From the NCBI GenBank assembly GCA_050293845.1, contig JBNKNM010000015.1, forward strand, positions 1 through 61,738: a stretch of 61,738 bases of DNA, read 5' to 3'. Position 1 is the stretch's first letter. Each line of letters opens with the position of its first letter. Position numbers and translations under genes: made by a program. Source of the stretch: Pseudobacteriovorax sp. (GTDB lineage: Bacteria; Bdellovibrionota_B; Oligoflexia; Oligoflexales; Oligoflexaceae). Positions 1-10,416 of the stretch are shown piece after piece. Below the pieces are notes generated by a model, which saw only the letters and a program-made list of their open reading frames with translations, did no database searches and was not told where the DNA came from.

Positions 1-1145
1 ATACATATTAAACGATTCTTAACCAGTGGCTTCAGACAAGTTAGGCATGACTCTAGAGCATCTGGAGTATGGGCATAGTCAACGATAACTTGGTACGGAG
101 AACCTTCTTTACAAACGCCTTCAAGGCGTCCGGGAATCGGCTTGAGATTTCGGAGCAGCTCCTGCAACTCTTCTGGCTTCTGGGGTAAAAGAGGCTCCAG
201 CAGGGTCAAACACCCCACGAGGTTTTGTATGATAAACCCACCAAATAACGGGACCCAAAATGAGACCTGAGAACAACCTTGCAGGATAAACTCAGAAGAT
301 TTTATATTTTCAGCCGTAATACTATAAACCTTATGGCTTGTGGTACCCTTAGGGCCGTAGATCACAGTTTGCGGTGGTAGTTCCTGATTAAACCTTTTGC
401 AATCGAAACACACTTTATTTTCGATCACGCGCCTGCCAGCCGCCTTTGTATAATCTGTTAGCAAAGACAGTTTTTGCAAAAAATAGTCTTCCATGCTGGG
501 ATGAAAGTCTAGATGATCCCGCGAGAAGCTAGTAAATAATGAACCTTCGAAGCGTATGGGAGCCAATTTCTTTTGTACAAGAGCATGGGAAGATACCTCC
601 ATGAGAACCTCGGTACAACCAGCCTCCTTAGCTTTTTTCAAAGTTTGAAACAATTCGTGGGGGTCAGGAGTCGTGTGCTGAGTAGGAAAAAACTCATCAC
701 CAAGGAAAATTCCAATTGTACCTATGGCGAGCACCTTGATCCCCAATTGGCGCAATAAAGCATGCCCCAACCAAACCGATGATGTTTTACCATTGGTTCC
801 CGTTACAGCCCAAAACCTCAATCCTTTTTGCGGGTTTTCAGCCGCAAGAGCCTCTAGGTATGCCCAAGCCTCACGACTATCACGCACAAGCAGACATGAT
901 GATGTTACAGCCGCAAAAATTTCGGGTTGATCGACAATCACAAGGGGGACTTGGTTTTGTATTTGAGAGACCACCCGATGAGAATCAAACTGCGTACCTT
1001 TAATAGCTATAAAAGCACTGCCTGTTTGTAAGTGGCGATTATCAACTTGAAACCGCTCTACACCCATCGATTTATCCGCAACCGATTCCTGCAAAAAGCA
1101 TTGCGCCTCTTTAAGACACTGTATGATTTTGTCTACTTGTATCAT
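1..1145 (-). CDS. murE: UDP-MurNAc-tripeptide ligase MurE (3' end runs off the window start)
   Basis: Manual minus-strand translation gives AVTGTNGKTS (P-loop), MEVSSHAL, FTSFSRDHLDFH, IPGRLE and VIVDYAHTPDAL. In-frame ATGs at 1145 and 1157. Not in the ORF track because there is no stop codon in the window. Confidence 0.93.
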   Translation of the reverse strand, partial: MIQVDKIIQCLKEAQCFLQESVADKSMGVERFQVDNRHLQTGSAFIAIKGTQFDSHRVVSQIQNQVPLVIVDQPEIFAAVTSSCLLVRDSREAWAYLEALAAENPQKGLRFWAVTGTNGKTSSVWLGHALLRQLGIKVLAIGTIGIFLGDEFFPTQHTTPDPHELFQTLKKAKEAGCTEVLMEVSSHALVQKKLAPIRFEGSLFTSFSRDHLDFHPSMEDYFLQKLSLLTDYTKAAGRRVIENKVCFDCKRFNQELPPQTVIYGPKGTTSHKVYSITAENIKSSEFILQGCSQVSFWVPLFGGFIIQNLVGCLTLLEPLLPQKPEELQELLRNLKPIPGRLEGVCKEGSPYQVIVDYAHTPDALESCLTCLKPLVKNRLIC

Positions 1146-1213
1146 AGCATCGACCATTTCCTATGCGAACGATTCATATGCAAAGTGCCAGCCACTTTTA
1201 AGCCTTGATCGTT

Positions 1214-2521
1214 CTAAATACGATCTCTATCAAAAGTTGGTTGGATGCCTTGCCAACAATCGCTATAGTTTTCCTGAAGTATCCCCCCATAAAGAGCATA
1301 AGTACTGGGCTGATAAATGTACGAAGACTCGAACATAAATGCCATGGTGTCTCCTTGATACTGTGGCTTAAGGCTACCCTGGCTCGCTTGGCGAAAAACT
1401 TCTGCTTCTGGCCCATGGGGTGACATGCAAGAATGTAAACTCCCTCCTCCTGGCTCAAATCCACCACTCGGCTTCGCGTCATAGAGACCTTCAATAAGCC
1501 CCATATATTCACTCATAACATTGCGGTGATAATAGGGGGGACGAAACGTATCTTCTGCCACCATCCACCGTGGAGGAAAAATAACAAAATCGACATTGGC
1601 GCAACCTTCATGTTCTGTAGGTGAAGTAAGCACTGTAAATATGGAGGGATCTGGATGGTCAAAGCTTACTGTGTTGATTGTATTAAATCGGCTTAAACTA
1701 TACTTGTAGGGAGCTAAATTTCCATGCCATGCAACCACATCACAAGGGTGATGATCTAAGCTGGAGCTGAAAAAAGCCCCAGAAAACTTCGCAAGAAGTT
1801 TATAGCTACCCTTTACATCCACAAACTTTGCGCGCGGATAGAGGAAGTCCCTAGGATTTGCCAATCCATTTGAGCCAATGGGTCCGAGCTGCGGCAGTAC
1901 AAAAGGATTACCATAGTTTTCCAAAACATAACCCCGGCACGGTTCTGACTCCATGTTGATCTGGAATTTAACACCACGCGGGATCACTAATACCTCCAAT
2001 GGAGCTACCGATAACTCACCAAACTCGGTAATTGCCGATAAGGAAGCACTTTGCGGGACGATCAGCATTTCCCCATCAGCATTGTAGAAAAATTCATCCT
2101 CCATAGACTTATTAAAATAATATAGATGAATGGAACTACCTTGACGCATCGCAGCATCTCCGTTGGCAGCAATAGTTGTTATGCTTTCCACAAAATTTAC
2201 GGGATTGCGCGGCTCCGGTTGCGGACTCCAGCGTAGCTGTTGTGGTGTTAAGTTATGTCTCTCCAAAGGAGCAGACAGAAACTGGGAACAGCCAGCATGT
2301 GGCTGGTATTTACCTTGTAGTACCGAAGGTCTAATGCGATACATCCAAGATCTTAAGTTCTCATGGCGCTTTGCCGTAAATGCAGAGCCTGAAAACAGTT
2401 CTGCAATCAATCCATAAGGTGGTCGCTGTGGTGAGTTTCTTCCCAATGGTAAAGCTCCAGGAAGGGCTTCTGTAGAAAGGTGGTTCCCAAATCCAGACAA
2501 ATATTCTTGATCCCGTGACAT
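1214..2521 (-). CDS. hmgA: homogentisate 1,2-dioxygenase
   Basis: YLSGFGN, NSPQRPPYGL, VVAWHGN, FDHPDPSIFTVLT, FRPPYYHRNVMSEYMG and HGP iron-site motifs. Confidence 0.96.
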   Translation of the reverse strand: MSRDQEYLSGFGNHLSTEALPGALPLGRNSPQRPPYGLIAELFSGSAFTAKRHENLRSWMYRIRPSVLQGKYQPHAGCSQFLSAPLERHNLTPQQLRWSPQPEPRNPVNFVESITTIAANGDAAMRQGSSIHLYYFNKSMEDEFFYNADGEMLIVPQSASLSAITEFGELSVAPLEVLVIPRGVKFQINMESEPCRGYVLENYGNPFVLPQLGPIGSNGLANPRDFLYPRAKFVDVKGSYKLLAKFSGAFFSSSLDHHPCDVVAWHGNLAPYKYSLSRFNTINTVSFDHPDPSIFTVLTSPTEHEGCANVDFVIFPPRWMVAEDTFRPPYYHRNVMSEYMGLIEGLYDAKPSGGFEPGGGSLHSCMSPHGPEAEVFRQASQGSLKPQYQGDTMAFMFESSYIYQPSTYALYGGILQENYSDCWQGIQPTFDRDRI

Positions 2522-2661
2522 ATCGTGCCCCCATTGTGTGTCTTCGCTCCTAAGCTAGCAAATCTTATTCCTGCAAGCAATCAGGTGGAGACGGGGCAAA
2601 ATATTCTTAGTAGCTAGCTCATAAAGTTCCGAAGGTGTACTAGGTCATTTAGGAGGTTATT

Positions 2662-3408
2662 ATGAAGCATGGTGCTCTGCATTTCCTAGGGCTTTTTTTG
2701 GTCTGCCTACATACAAACTACTGTAAAAATAAAAACAAAGAACCTGCTCCCATTAATTTCCAAAAACATCAACAGGAGTGGAAAAAAGCACCATCGAAGG
2801 ATACTACTTCTGAGAGTCAGAAAGCAACAGCTCCCCAGGCTATGGCATCATCTCGCGCCCCTAAGCAGCAAGAATCCATAGAGCCAACCTCCCGGGTTTC
2901 ATTACCCTCGGATAACCCCTCCCTGCCATTCACGCCAGGGCAGCAGAGCCTTGTGGAAAAAATTAAAGCAGAATCAGCTCAGGAAGCCAATCTACCGACA
3001 GTCATGCTTGCCGATAGTAAGTTGATGTCAAAAGGCTCAGCGGTAAACCTTGGTACTAGATTATTCAAACGAGCTTATCGCCTAGCTCTACAAAAGCAGT
3101 ATCATGAGGCCCAGACAATTTACCTCCAGGCATGCCAGTATGGACACAAAGAATCCTGCCACAAATTTGGCTATTACCAACAAAAAGAAGGTAATTTCGC
3201 CAATGCCATTAGATTTTACAAAATAGGTTGTAATGCCGGTATTTTAAAAAGTTGTAATAACTTGGGATTTGGAATGGAAAAGTCTGGAAATATTGAATCC
3301 GCTAAAGACTACTACTCCTTAGCCTGTTTGCGACACCACTACCGATCCTGCCAGAATCTTACCAGAGTCCTGAATCACGGAAAAAATGCTTACTCCCAGA
3401 TCGAATAA
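2662..3408 (+). CDS. exported Sel1/TPR-like repeat protein
   Basis: Hydrophobic N-terminus with Cys; C-terminal repeats of the form Y..AC..G...SC.NLG (cysteine-rich Sel1-like). Confidence 0.7.
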   Translation: MKHGALHFLGLFLVCLHTNYCKNKNKEPAPINFQKHQQEWKKAPSKDTTSESQKATAPQAMASSRAPKQQESIEPTSRVSLPSDNPSLPFTPGQQSLVEKIKAESAQEANLPTVMLADSKLMSKGSAVNLGTRLFKRAYRLALQKQYHEAQTIYLQACQYGHKESCHKFGYYQQKEGNFANAIRFYKIGCNAGILKSCNNLGFGMEKSGNIESAKDYYSLACLRHHYRSCQNLTRVLNHGKNAYSQIE

Positions 3409-3441
3409 GCTGGTACTAATTAGGATGGTTCTTCCAAAATG

Positions 3442-4266
3442 CTAAAACTCATTCTCCTTTCCAGATTCATCTGCATAAGAGCGAGTCGCTTGCAACATTT
3501 GTGTTTCCAGCCAAGATATCAAAGTGACACGAATGGAGGGTTCCGTAAGATGGAGACTATTGCCAATTCTTAGCTTATCAGGGCTCAATACGTTTTCATA
3601 AAAATCTTGATTCCGGCGTTGATTCGACTGGGAACTGATAAAAAGCAACGGGACTATAATGTGATCAGATTTTGCAGCAATGAAAAAATTGGATTTTTCA
3701 ATATCGATGGCATCAAGAACCGACAAAGCCTCACTATGGATCAAAGAGTCTTCCCCGTAGGACTCTGGTAGGTTTGCTAATTTTACATCTGAAGCTATGG
3801 GAGCAAATAGTTTCAAAAATGGTTTGATGGTCCTTTGGGTGCTAGTCGACTCAACTTGCCAAGGTATATTAGAGAGGACCAGTCCTGCCAAAGCTTTTTT
3901 ATTCTGAATACAGTAGTGAGCTGCAATGGTAGCCCCAATATTATGTCCTGCTAGACAAATCGGAACATGCCGCCAACGATCTTGGATACGTGCCACAATC
4001 AATTCCAGATCATCAACATTCTCATCAATACTGTAGATATCACCACGCTCTCCCGGAGATTTACCATGCCCCCTCAGATCATAAGAAAATACAGCAATGT
4101 TTTGACTTTGTAGTTCTTTAGCGAAGCTTTCATAGAGACCCGTATGCTCTCTATAGCCATGTAGAATTGTGACTACCCCCTTGGGCTCAGGGCATGAGAA
4201 TAACCGGCAAAAAAGTTCGCTACCATCGGAAGCTTCCAGGGTTTCTTCCGTAATGAGTGCATTCAT
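3442..4266 (-). CDS. alpha/beta hydrolase, lysophospholipase/MAG-lipase-like; nucleophile Ser appears replaced
   Basis: ILHGYREH and YDLRGHGKSPGERG motifs; elbow reads GHNIG instead of GHSxG. Confidence 0.8.
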   Translation of the reverse strand: MNALITEETLEASDGSELFCRLFSCPEPKGVVTILHGYREHTGLYESFAKELQSQNIAVFSYDLRGHGKSPGERGDIYSIDENVDDLELIVARIQDRWRHVPICLAGHNIGATIAAHYCIQNKKALAGLVLSNIPWQVESTSTQRTIKPFLKLFAPIASDVKLANLPESYGEDSLIHSEALSVLDAIDIEKSNFFIAAKSDHIIVPLLFISSQSNQRRNQDFYENVLSPDKLRIGNSLHLTEPSIRVTLISWLETQMLQATRSYADESGKENEF

Positions 4267-4627
4267 TTGACCACCATACGCTGTTCTCCGCAGAGAGGTT
4301 TAGGTTCTTTCTCTATACAGTAAGGACAAACCTTATTTATAATTTGTAAGCTAGAAAATTTTACCCTACCTTTGACGGCACATTCCAGACTTAATCGCGT
4401 TAGTCTTCTCCGACTATATCAAGCATGTCATAAAAACATTTGCATGACTTTACTCCATAAAACCCTCTCCCATACCAGGGATATGGACTTGTTATGACAC
4501 CATGTTCTTGTTGCACCTTATTTTAACTTAAACTTTGCTTTATTGCTGAAAATTGCTGCAAAAAAGAGTAGAATTCCCCGCCGTGCTGGCCCCAAGCCTG
4601 ATTTATAGAACAGAAGGATTTAAGACC

Positions 4628-6154
4628 GTGAAATATAGCGATATTCAATGGGAAGATGAAGAAACCGAAGCCACGGAAAAAAAATCTCCCAAGAAAGAAG
4701 ACGAGACTAGCTTTGAAGATATGCTAAATCAAAGTGATATGGATAGTCCACGCCAAAATATTAGAGTCGGAGGCAAAGTTGAAGGGCATATTGTCTCCCT
4801 AAACCCTTCCTCAGAGCATGTCCTTGTCGAAATTGACGCCCTTCATACAGGAGTTATTGATAAGCATCAGCTCTTAGATGAGCAAGGTGAAATCAAATAT
4901 CAAGCAGGAGATCTGATTTCTGCTTATGTCATTTCGCGACAAGGGGGAGACATATCCCTAAGCATGACCATGAGCCGATCAAACCAAAGCCTGGAAGACC
5001 TCCAGCTGGCCCGATCTAACGAACTGCCCGTTAAGGGTAAAGTAACAGGGGAAAATAAAGGTGGTTTCGAGGTGACAATTCTTGGTAAGAGCTGCTTCTG
5101 CCCTGTTTCGCAAATGGATACCAGATTTGTACAGAACAAAGCAGATTACATGGGTCAGGAATATGAATTTCTCATTGAAAAAGTTGAGGAAGGTGGCCGC
5201 AATATTGTCGTCTCACGTGCCAAACTTCTGAAAAAGGAAGCTGAAGCAAGAGCTGCCGTCCTGGAAGCCAAACTTGGACAAGAAGACATTTTACTCGACG
5301 GAACTGTGACAGAACTTAGGGACTACGGCGCCTTTGTTGATCTTGGGGGTATAGAAGGTTTTCTCCATGTCTCCGAAATGAGCTACTCGCGGGTGAGTCG
5401 TGCTAGCGATTTCCTTAGTAAAGGTGATAAAGTCAAAGTCAAAGTTCTAAGTATTGAGACTCAGAATGATAAAAAGCGTATCTCTCTTTCAATGAAAGCT
5501 GCACTAGATGACCCATGGAATACAGTTAATGATACCTTTAAAGAAAGCCAGAGCTATCAAGGTAAGGTCAGGAAACTTGAGTCTTTCGGTGCTTTTGTCG
5601 AGCTTTCAACAGGTATAGAAGGATTAATTCATATCTCCGAGATGTCCTGGGAAAAGAGAATCCTTCACCCTTCAGAAGTGCTAAGCTTAGGGGATATGGT
5701 CAATGTTAGAATCCTCAGCATCGATGTCAATAATAAAAGAATTTCCTTAAGCTTGAAAAATATAGATGACAACCCATGGGTTAAAGCCAAAGATATTTTG
5801 GTTCCAGGAGCTACCGTTAAAGGCCAAGTTGTTAGCCTAAAAGGTAACGGAGCTTTTGTTACCTTGGCTCCAGGTATTACTGGTTTTCTCCCCATAGGAG
5901 CTCTAAAGCAGGCTTTTGGAGAGTCCTTTCGTAAAGAAGCATCTCCCCCTAAAGAAATTAATGTTGTCGTGCGTAATGTTGAAGAACAAGAAAAGAAAAT
6001 CTTACTCTCTTTGCCTAATATCGAAGATAACTCTGCTGAAGATGAGGCATTTCGCGAATACTTAAATCGCAGAAAAAAACAAGCACCGAGTAAGGAAACG
6101 ACAGGAAGTTTTGGGGCTATTCTAGCAGCTAAACTCAACCAAAATAAAAAATAA
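4628..6154 (+). CDS. multi-S1-domain RNA-binding protein (ribosomal protein S1-like paralogue)
   Basis: Repeated S1 motifs (DYGAFVDLGGIEGFLHVSEMS, SFGAFVELSTGIEGLIHISEMS). Likely start is GTG 4628 after AGAAGGA; the track ORF starts at 4553. Confidence 0.85.
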   Translation: MKYSDIQWEDEETEATEKKSPKKEDETSFEDMLNQSDMDSPRQNIRVGGKVEGHIVSLNPSSEHVLVEIDALHTGVIDKHQLLDEQGEIKYQAGDLISAYVISRQGGDISLSMTMSRSNQSLEDLQLARSNELPVKGKVTGENKGGFEVTILGKSCFCPVSQMDTRFVQNKADYMGQEYEFLIEKVEEGGRNIVVSRAKLLKKEAEARAAVLEAKLGQEDILLDGTVTELRDYGAFVDLGGIEGFLHVSEMSYSRVSRASDFLSKGDKVKVKVLSIETQNDKKRISLSMKAALDDPWNTVNDTFKESQSYQGKVRKLESFGAFVELSTGIEGLIHISEMSWEKRILHPSEVLSLGDMVNVRILSIDVNNKRISLSLKNIDDNPWVKAKDILVPGATVKGQVVSLKGNGAFVTLAPGITGFLPIGALKQAFGESFRKEASPPKEINVVVRNVEEQEKKILLSLPNIEDNSAEDEAFREYLNRRKKQAPSKETTGSFGAILAAKLNQNKK

Positions 6155-6190
6155 GACCTGATATGGAAACGGAACTTCTTTCCTATTGGT

Positions 6191-6221
6191 AAAAAAGAGG
6201 CTGCAGTACGCAGCCTCTTTT
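6191..6221. terminator. bidirectional intrinsic terminator
   Basis: AAAAAAGAGGCTGC-agtac-GCAGCCTCTTTT perfect stem with A/T tails, between convergent genes. Confidence 0.9.
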
Positions 6222-6232
6222 ATGATGCTAAG

Positions 6233-7492
6233 TTAATGGGTTTTTTGCGTATTTAAGTGGTTAATCCACTCCCTAGCCTGCTTTTTATACTTAGGGTATT
6301 TAGTAGCAGATCTAAATGTTTCTAAGGAAGCCTGCGTAGCTCCCGATTGATATTGGGCAATACCTAGAGCTAAATACGCTAAGCCTGGCTTCTTTAAGCC
6401 ACCTTTAGCAATCCCTTTTTGCAAGGAATTGATGGATTCCTTATAGTTTTCCTTCTCAAGGAAAATCTGTCCCTGTCGCACATAAGTCTGGCCATTGGGT
6501 GCTAAAGGGGCTGCCTTACTCAAAGCTGCTAATGCTTGATCCATTTCCTGTGCTTGAATATAAGAATCTGAAAGTATCTCATAATTTTTATGGGTTTTTT
6601 CAACCCGACCTGCTTTAAGACCCTCGCTTAAATAAAAGGCAGCTTTATAGGGCACACCCCGAAACAGCGATAGTTTAACAAGGTGTATTATATCTTTTTC
6701 TTCTATAACAACCTTGTTTTTATAAGCAACCTCCATGGTTGCTAGGGCCTTATTTTCCTTGTTCATAGCAACATAGACACTTGATAACTGCTTCCAGTAC
6801 TTGATCTTATCTGGTTTTATTTTCACCAATTTTTCAAGAATCAAAGCTGCCTTAGGGAAAGCTTTCTTCTCATAATAAAGAGCAACTAATAATCGCAGCC
6901 ATGACTCCTTAGTGTCAGGTTCAGCTTTTACAGCCTTTTCCACCCAGAATATGGACTTATTGATTTGTTTCAATTGTGCCCACACTTGGCCAAAGAAAAA
7001 ATAAGCGCTGGTATTAACCTCATCACCTTTATTGTAGATGTAGTCTTGGATGTAAGGCACAGATTCCTTGTACTTTTCCTGAGCGACATAAACCTGAGCC
7101 AGAGAATACATGGTACTCAGAGTAGGTCCTAGTGGCAGCGCATCCAATTCTACACATAATTTGAAGTATTTTGCAGCATCAGCAAAACGGTCAGACTGCG
7201 CATAGACGTACCCTTTAGTTTGATAGACTTGAGCAAGGCCAAATTTCCGCTTAGCAAGGCTGCGCTCCAATCCATCGAGAACCTCTATGGCAGCATCATA
7301 TTTTTCACTAGCCATGAATTTTTGGGCTTTTCCCAATCGGTTAAAATCCCTTTCGGAAAGATTTCCTGCCCGCCCCCCCTCAATTTTCTGGGGCTTACGC
7401 CTTATAAGTTCTTTGACTGTCAAAGAATTGGCAGCTTGCGAGGTTAGGAGAGATAACAAAAGTACTCCTAAAAGATACCTTAAACCCATCAA
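6233..7492 (-). CDS. periplasmic TPR protein of TonB2-type operon (TtpB-like)
   Basis: Signal peptide, helical TPR repeats, last gene after tonB. Confidence 0.8.
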   Translation of the reverse strand: MMGLRYLLGVLLLSLLTSQAANSLTVKELIRRKPQKIEGGRAGNLSERDFNRLGKAQKFMASEKYDAAIEVLDGLERSLAKRKFGLAQVYQTKGYVYAQSDRFADAAKYFKLCVELDALPLGPTLSTMYSLAQVYVAQEKYKESVPYIQDYIYNKGDEVNTSAYFFFGQVWAQLKQINKSIFWVEKAVKAEPDTKESWLRLLVALYYEKKAFPKAALILEKLVKIKPDKIKYWKQLSSVYVAMNKENKALATMEVAYKNKVVIEEKDIIHLVKLSLFRGVPYKAAFYLSEGLKAGRVEKTHKNYEILSDSYIQAQEMDQALAALSKAAPLAPNGQTYVRQGQIFLEKENYKESINSLQKGIAKGGLKKPGLAYLALGIAQYQSGATQASLETFRSATKYPKYKKQAREWINHLNTQKTH

Positions 7493-8115
7493 TTATCCTC
7501 CAGCTTAAATTCCAGTCGCACCCTCTGCAGTAGCTCGACAGCTTTGCCATCAACGAACTGTGGTTTATAACGCCACTTAAGAATAGCTCTTTTAGCGTTC
7601 CTGTTAAAAATCCTTGGCGGTCGCGCCTCCAATATTTTAACATCTTTTGTGCTTCCTGACTTGGTGACAGTAAACTCAAGGGTGACATACCCTTCGATTC
7701 CACGCATAGCAGCTTTTCTAGGCATTTGTGGGGTAATGCGAACTATCGGCATGATATCAGCATTACCGTCTCCACCGCCGCCGCCACCGCGACCAAGATA
7801 GGGCCCCAAACCACCTTTTAGCCCGTTAGCAATCCGAGGTGCTTGCATCTGCAAGTCGTCTTCCTGAGGTTGATCATTCTGAGCTACCTGCAGCTTTGGT
7901 TTAGAGGGCATCGGCTTAGGAGGTGGGGGCTTCTTCGGAAGCTCCCGGTTTCTCGTTTTTGTTTCTGACTCGCGATTAACTCGAATAAATTCGACAACCG
8001 GACCCAAATCATTAACTACAGATTTCTTTTTTCCCTGATCTATCAATACTGACATAAAGAAGAACAGTACCAGGGTAACAGCACCACCTGCACCTAATGC
8101 TATTAAGTAACGCAT
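7489..8115 (-). CDS. tonB: energy transducer TonB
   Basis: N-terminal TM, Pro-rich linker (PKKPPPPKP), TonB C-domain (RGIEGYVTLEFTV...ILKWRYKP). Confidence 0.92.
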   Translation of the reverse strand: MRYLIALGAGGAVTLVLFFFMSVLIDQGKKKSVVNDLGPVVEFIRVNRESETKTRNRELPKKPPPPKPMPSKPKLQVAQNDQPQEDDLQMQAPRIANGLKGGLGPYLGRGGGGGGDGNADIMPIVRITPQMPRKAAMRGIEGYVTLEFTVTKSGSTKDVKILEARPPRIFNRNAKRAILKWRYKPQFVDGKAVELLQRVRLEFKLEDN

Positions 8116-8121
8116 AATATG

Positions 8122-8529
8122 CTACTCCTGTGGCTTAGCCGCAATCGACACATTGAGAACTCCAGCTAAACGAACCTGGTCCATGACTTCAATCAGAGTC
8201 CCTGTTTTTGCTCCTTTATCGGCTTGGATAACCACCGAACCTTCTGGGTTTTCGGCATGGAGCTTCTCTATGTTTGCTCTAACAGACCGCACATCGATCC
8301 GTCTTTTTTGAATCCAAATATCTCCGGTTTCTGAAATACCGATAAGTATATTTGCTCGTTCTTTTTTAACTGCAGTAGCAGCAGAAGGTCGATTTACATC
8401 GATGCCAGATTCCTTAACGAACGATGTTGTTACAATAAAGAATATCAGCATGATAAATGTAATATCGAGCATGGGAGTTAAATCAACCCCAATTTCCTCT
8501 TCGGCACTTTTTCTACGACGCGCTCTCAT
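8122..8529 (-). CDS. exbD: biopolymer transporter ExbD
   Basis: DLTPMLDITFIMLIFFIVTTSF signature; VVIQADK. Confidence 0.95.
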   Translation of the reverse strand: MRARRRKSAEEEIGVDLTPMLDITFIMLIFFIVTTSFVKESGIDVNRPSAATAVKKERANILIGISETGDIWIQKRRIDVRSVRANIEKLHAENPEGSVVIQADKGAKTGTLIEVMDQVRLAGVLNVSIAAKPQE

Positions 8530-8539
8530 AATCTACCCT

Positions 8540-9064
8540 TTAACAATAAGGCAGGCTGTCAGCCAAACCTTCCTTTTCTTTTTTAGCTTTTCGTTCTAGT
8601 AGTGATCCGAAATATAGCCCCGATAAGGAGGCTACCATTCCAGCCATGGTGGGAATCGTCGCCATGGAAATGCCTGATGCCATAAGGCGAGCATTACCAG
8701 TTCCGGTGTATCCCATCACTTCGAAAACGCTTATCATACCGGTCACTGTTCCCAGTAGTCCAAGCAGTGGACATAGAGCTACAAGTGTTTTAATGACACT
8801 GATTGATTGATTAAGCTGAACTCCTGCCTCAGCAATGAGGGCTTCGCGAATGCGGTGCGCCGCCCATGAAGTCCTATCCTTCCGTGCTTCCCAGCCAGCA
8901 ATGATCTTTGCTGAGAGTTTGGGATAAATCCGCCAGAAGAAATAGCACTTGTCTAGAATCATAGTCCACATAACCAAAGTAGCTACTCCGATAACAAGGA
9001 GTACTTGCCCACCGGTTTCCAAAAAGTCGCGGATCACTTCCCATTTTTCGAGGAAAAAGATCAC
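8540..9064 (-). CDS. exbB: MotA/TolQ/ExbB proton channel ExbB
   Basis: CPLLGLLGTVTGMI and GISMATIPTMAG. Confidence 0.92.
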   Translation of the reverse strand: MIFFLEKWEVIRDFLETGGQVLLVIGVATLVMWTMILDKCYFFWRIYPKLSAKIIAGWEARKDRTSWAAHRIREALIAEAGVQLNQSISVIKTLVALCPLLGLLGTVTGMISVFEVMGYTGTGNARLMASGISMATIPTMAGMVASLSGLYFGSLLERKAKKEKEGLADSLPYC

Positions 9065-10416
9065 GCTTGGCCTCCTTCTTCTGATCTCTTAGCCATCAAT
9101 CCAATACTTTGCTCTTCGATTACGGACAAGAGACCTTTACATTTATTGGACACAAAAGAATGTAAAAGCACCAATGGTATCGCTGCCACGAGTCCGAGAA
9201 CTGTTGTAACGAGGGCTTGTGAGATACCACCTGCCATAATTTTAGGATCTCCAGTACCAAAAAGCATCATGGATTGAAAAGTACCGATCATTCCCACAAC
9301 AGTACCTAAAAGCCCCAGTAACGGCGCAACCGACGACAACAATTTAATGGTACTCAAACCACGCTCAATTTTGGAAGTGCCCTTAAGGACTGCCTCATCC
9401 AATTTTAGTTCAAGGCTTTCAATATCCCGACTTTTATTCTCTTCGTAGGTAGCAAACACCATACCCAGTGGGTTTGATTTATCAATTTTACTAGACTTTA
9501 GCTGCGCCCGAACTTTACGCCCCACAACGCCAAGGAACACGAAACGCTCCATAACGATAAGCAATCCTACAATTAAAACCCCAGCGATAACGTAACCCAC
9601 TTCACCACCTTGGTGAAAGCGCTCGATAAGTGAGGGTTCTTGTACAAGTGCACTGAGGATGTTGCCTCGTGAGGGGTCAATACCAAGCTTATAAAGCTTT
9701 CCAGGTGTACCGCTTTCAAAGTCGGACACTAAGGATAAAAAGCGACCTTGGGGTTGCCTACCCAATTCCACAATTTCCTTGACCTCATCCTTATATGTTA
9801 GATAGCTGCCATCTGAAACAAGGTTAAAAACACCAACTCTTGTAACTTCCTTTTGCTCTTTGCTGCCATCACCTGTAGTAACTTGCGCCGAAAATTTTTG
9901 TACTTTTCCAGACTCGGTCATTTCCGTTAAAAGCTCTATCCAAAGCTGATGCAGATCTTCAGAGTTGGGAAGCTGTTTTCTGGTGGAAAGCTCGTCCACA
10001 AACTTTTCCCGCCCCGGGTATTGAGCTGTTACAAGTGAAGTTTCAAATACCCCCTTGGTATCCCCCGCAACCTGACGAACAACACCAAAAAGCTCACCGA
10101 GGGTACCCAAAGTAAGCTTTAGTTTGGTCTCCAATTGAGAAAGCTTTATGTCGTTAGCGTCATAACTTTTCTTTAGCGCCTCACCCCTAGCCTTCTCTTT
10201 GCGAAGATTCGCTTTGGCCCGGGCTAAGATGGCAGCCTGCTTATTTTTTGATGAAAGAAACGTTTTCTCGCGAGCTCTATTCTCAGCGTTATCGCGTTTC
10301 TTATCTCTTATCACCAATTGGAGAAGTTGATCTAAGCTTGTGGCTTTTTGTTGACTGACTGCAACAGATGTCAAGCTAAGGCTAGCAAGGCTAAGTGCGA
10401 TCCATAGGGTTTTCAT
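9061..10416 (-). CDS. long MotA/TolQ/ExbB protein with periplasmic N-domain (TtpC-like)
   Basis: Signal peptide and coiled coil; C-terminal APLLGLLGTVVGMI...GGISQALVTTVLGL. Confidence 0.88.
   Translation of the reverse strand: MKTLWIALSLASLSLTSVAVSQQKATSLDQLLQLVIRDKKRDNAENRAREKTFLSSKNKQAAILARAKANLRKEKARGEALKKSYDANDIKLSQLETKLKLTLGTLGELFGVVRQVAGDTKGVFETSLVTAQYPGREKFVDELSTRKQLPNSEDLHQLWIELLTEMTESGKVQKFSAQVTTGDGSKEQKEVTRVGVFNLVSDGSYLTYKDEVKEIVELGRQPQGRFLSLVSDFESGTPGKLYKLGIDPSRGNILSALVQEPSLIERFHQGGEVGYVIAGVLIVGLLIVMERFVFLGVVGRKVRAQLKSSKIDKSNPLGMVFATYEENKSRDIESLELKLDEAVLKGTSKIERGLSTIKLLSSVAPLLGLLGTVVGMIGTFQSMMLFGTGDPKIMAGGISQALVTTVLGLVAAIPLVLLHSFVSNKCKGLLSVIEEQSIGLMAKRSEEGGQA

Noticed and set aside
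573..1512. Short track ORFs (573-758, 724-930, 779-1003, 1123-1338, 1205-1423 and minus 1198-1512)
   Set aside because: They are shadows of murE and hmgA, which carry clear family motifs.
4628..6154. Calling this the canonical rpsA
   Set aside because: The divergent acidic N-terminus, degenerate last S1 domain and absence of cmk/ihfB context suggest a paralogue, so the symbol is withheld.
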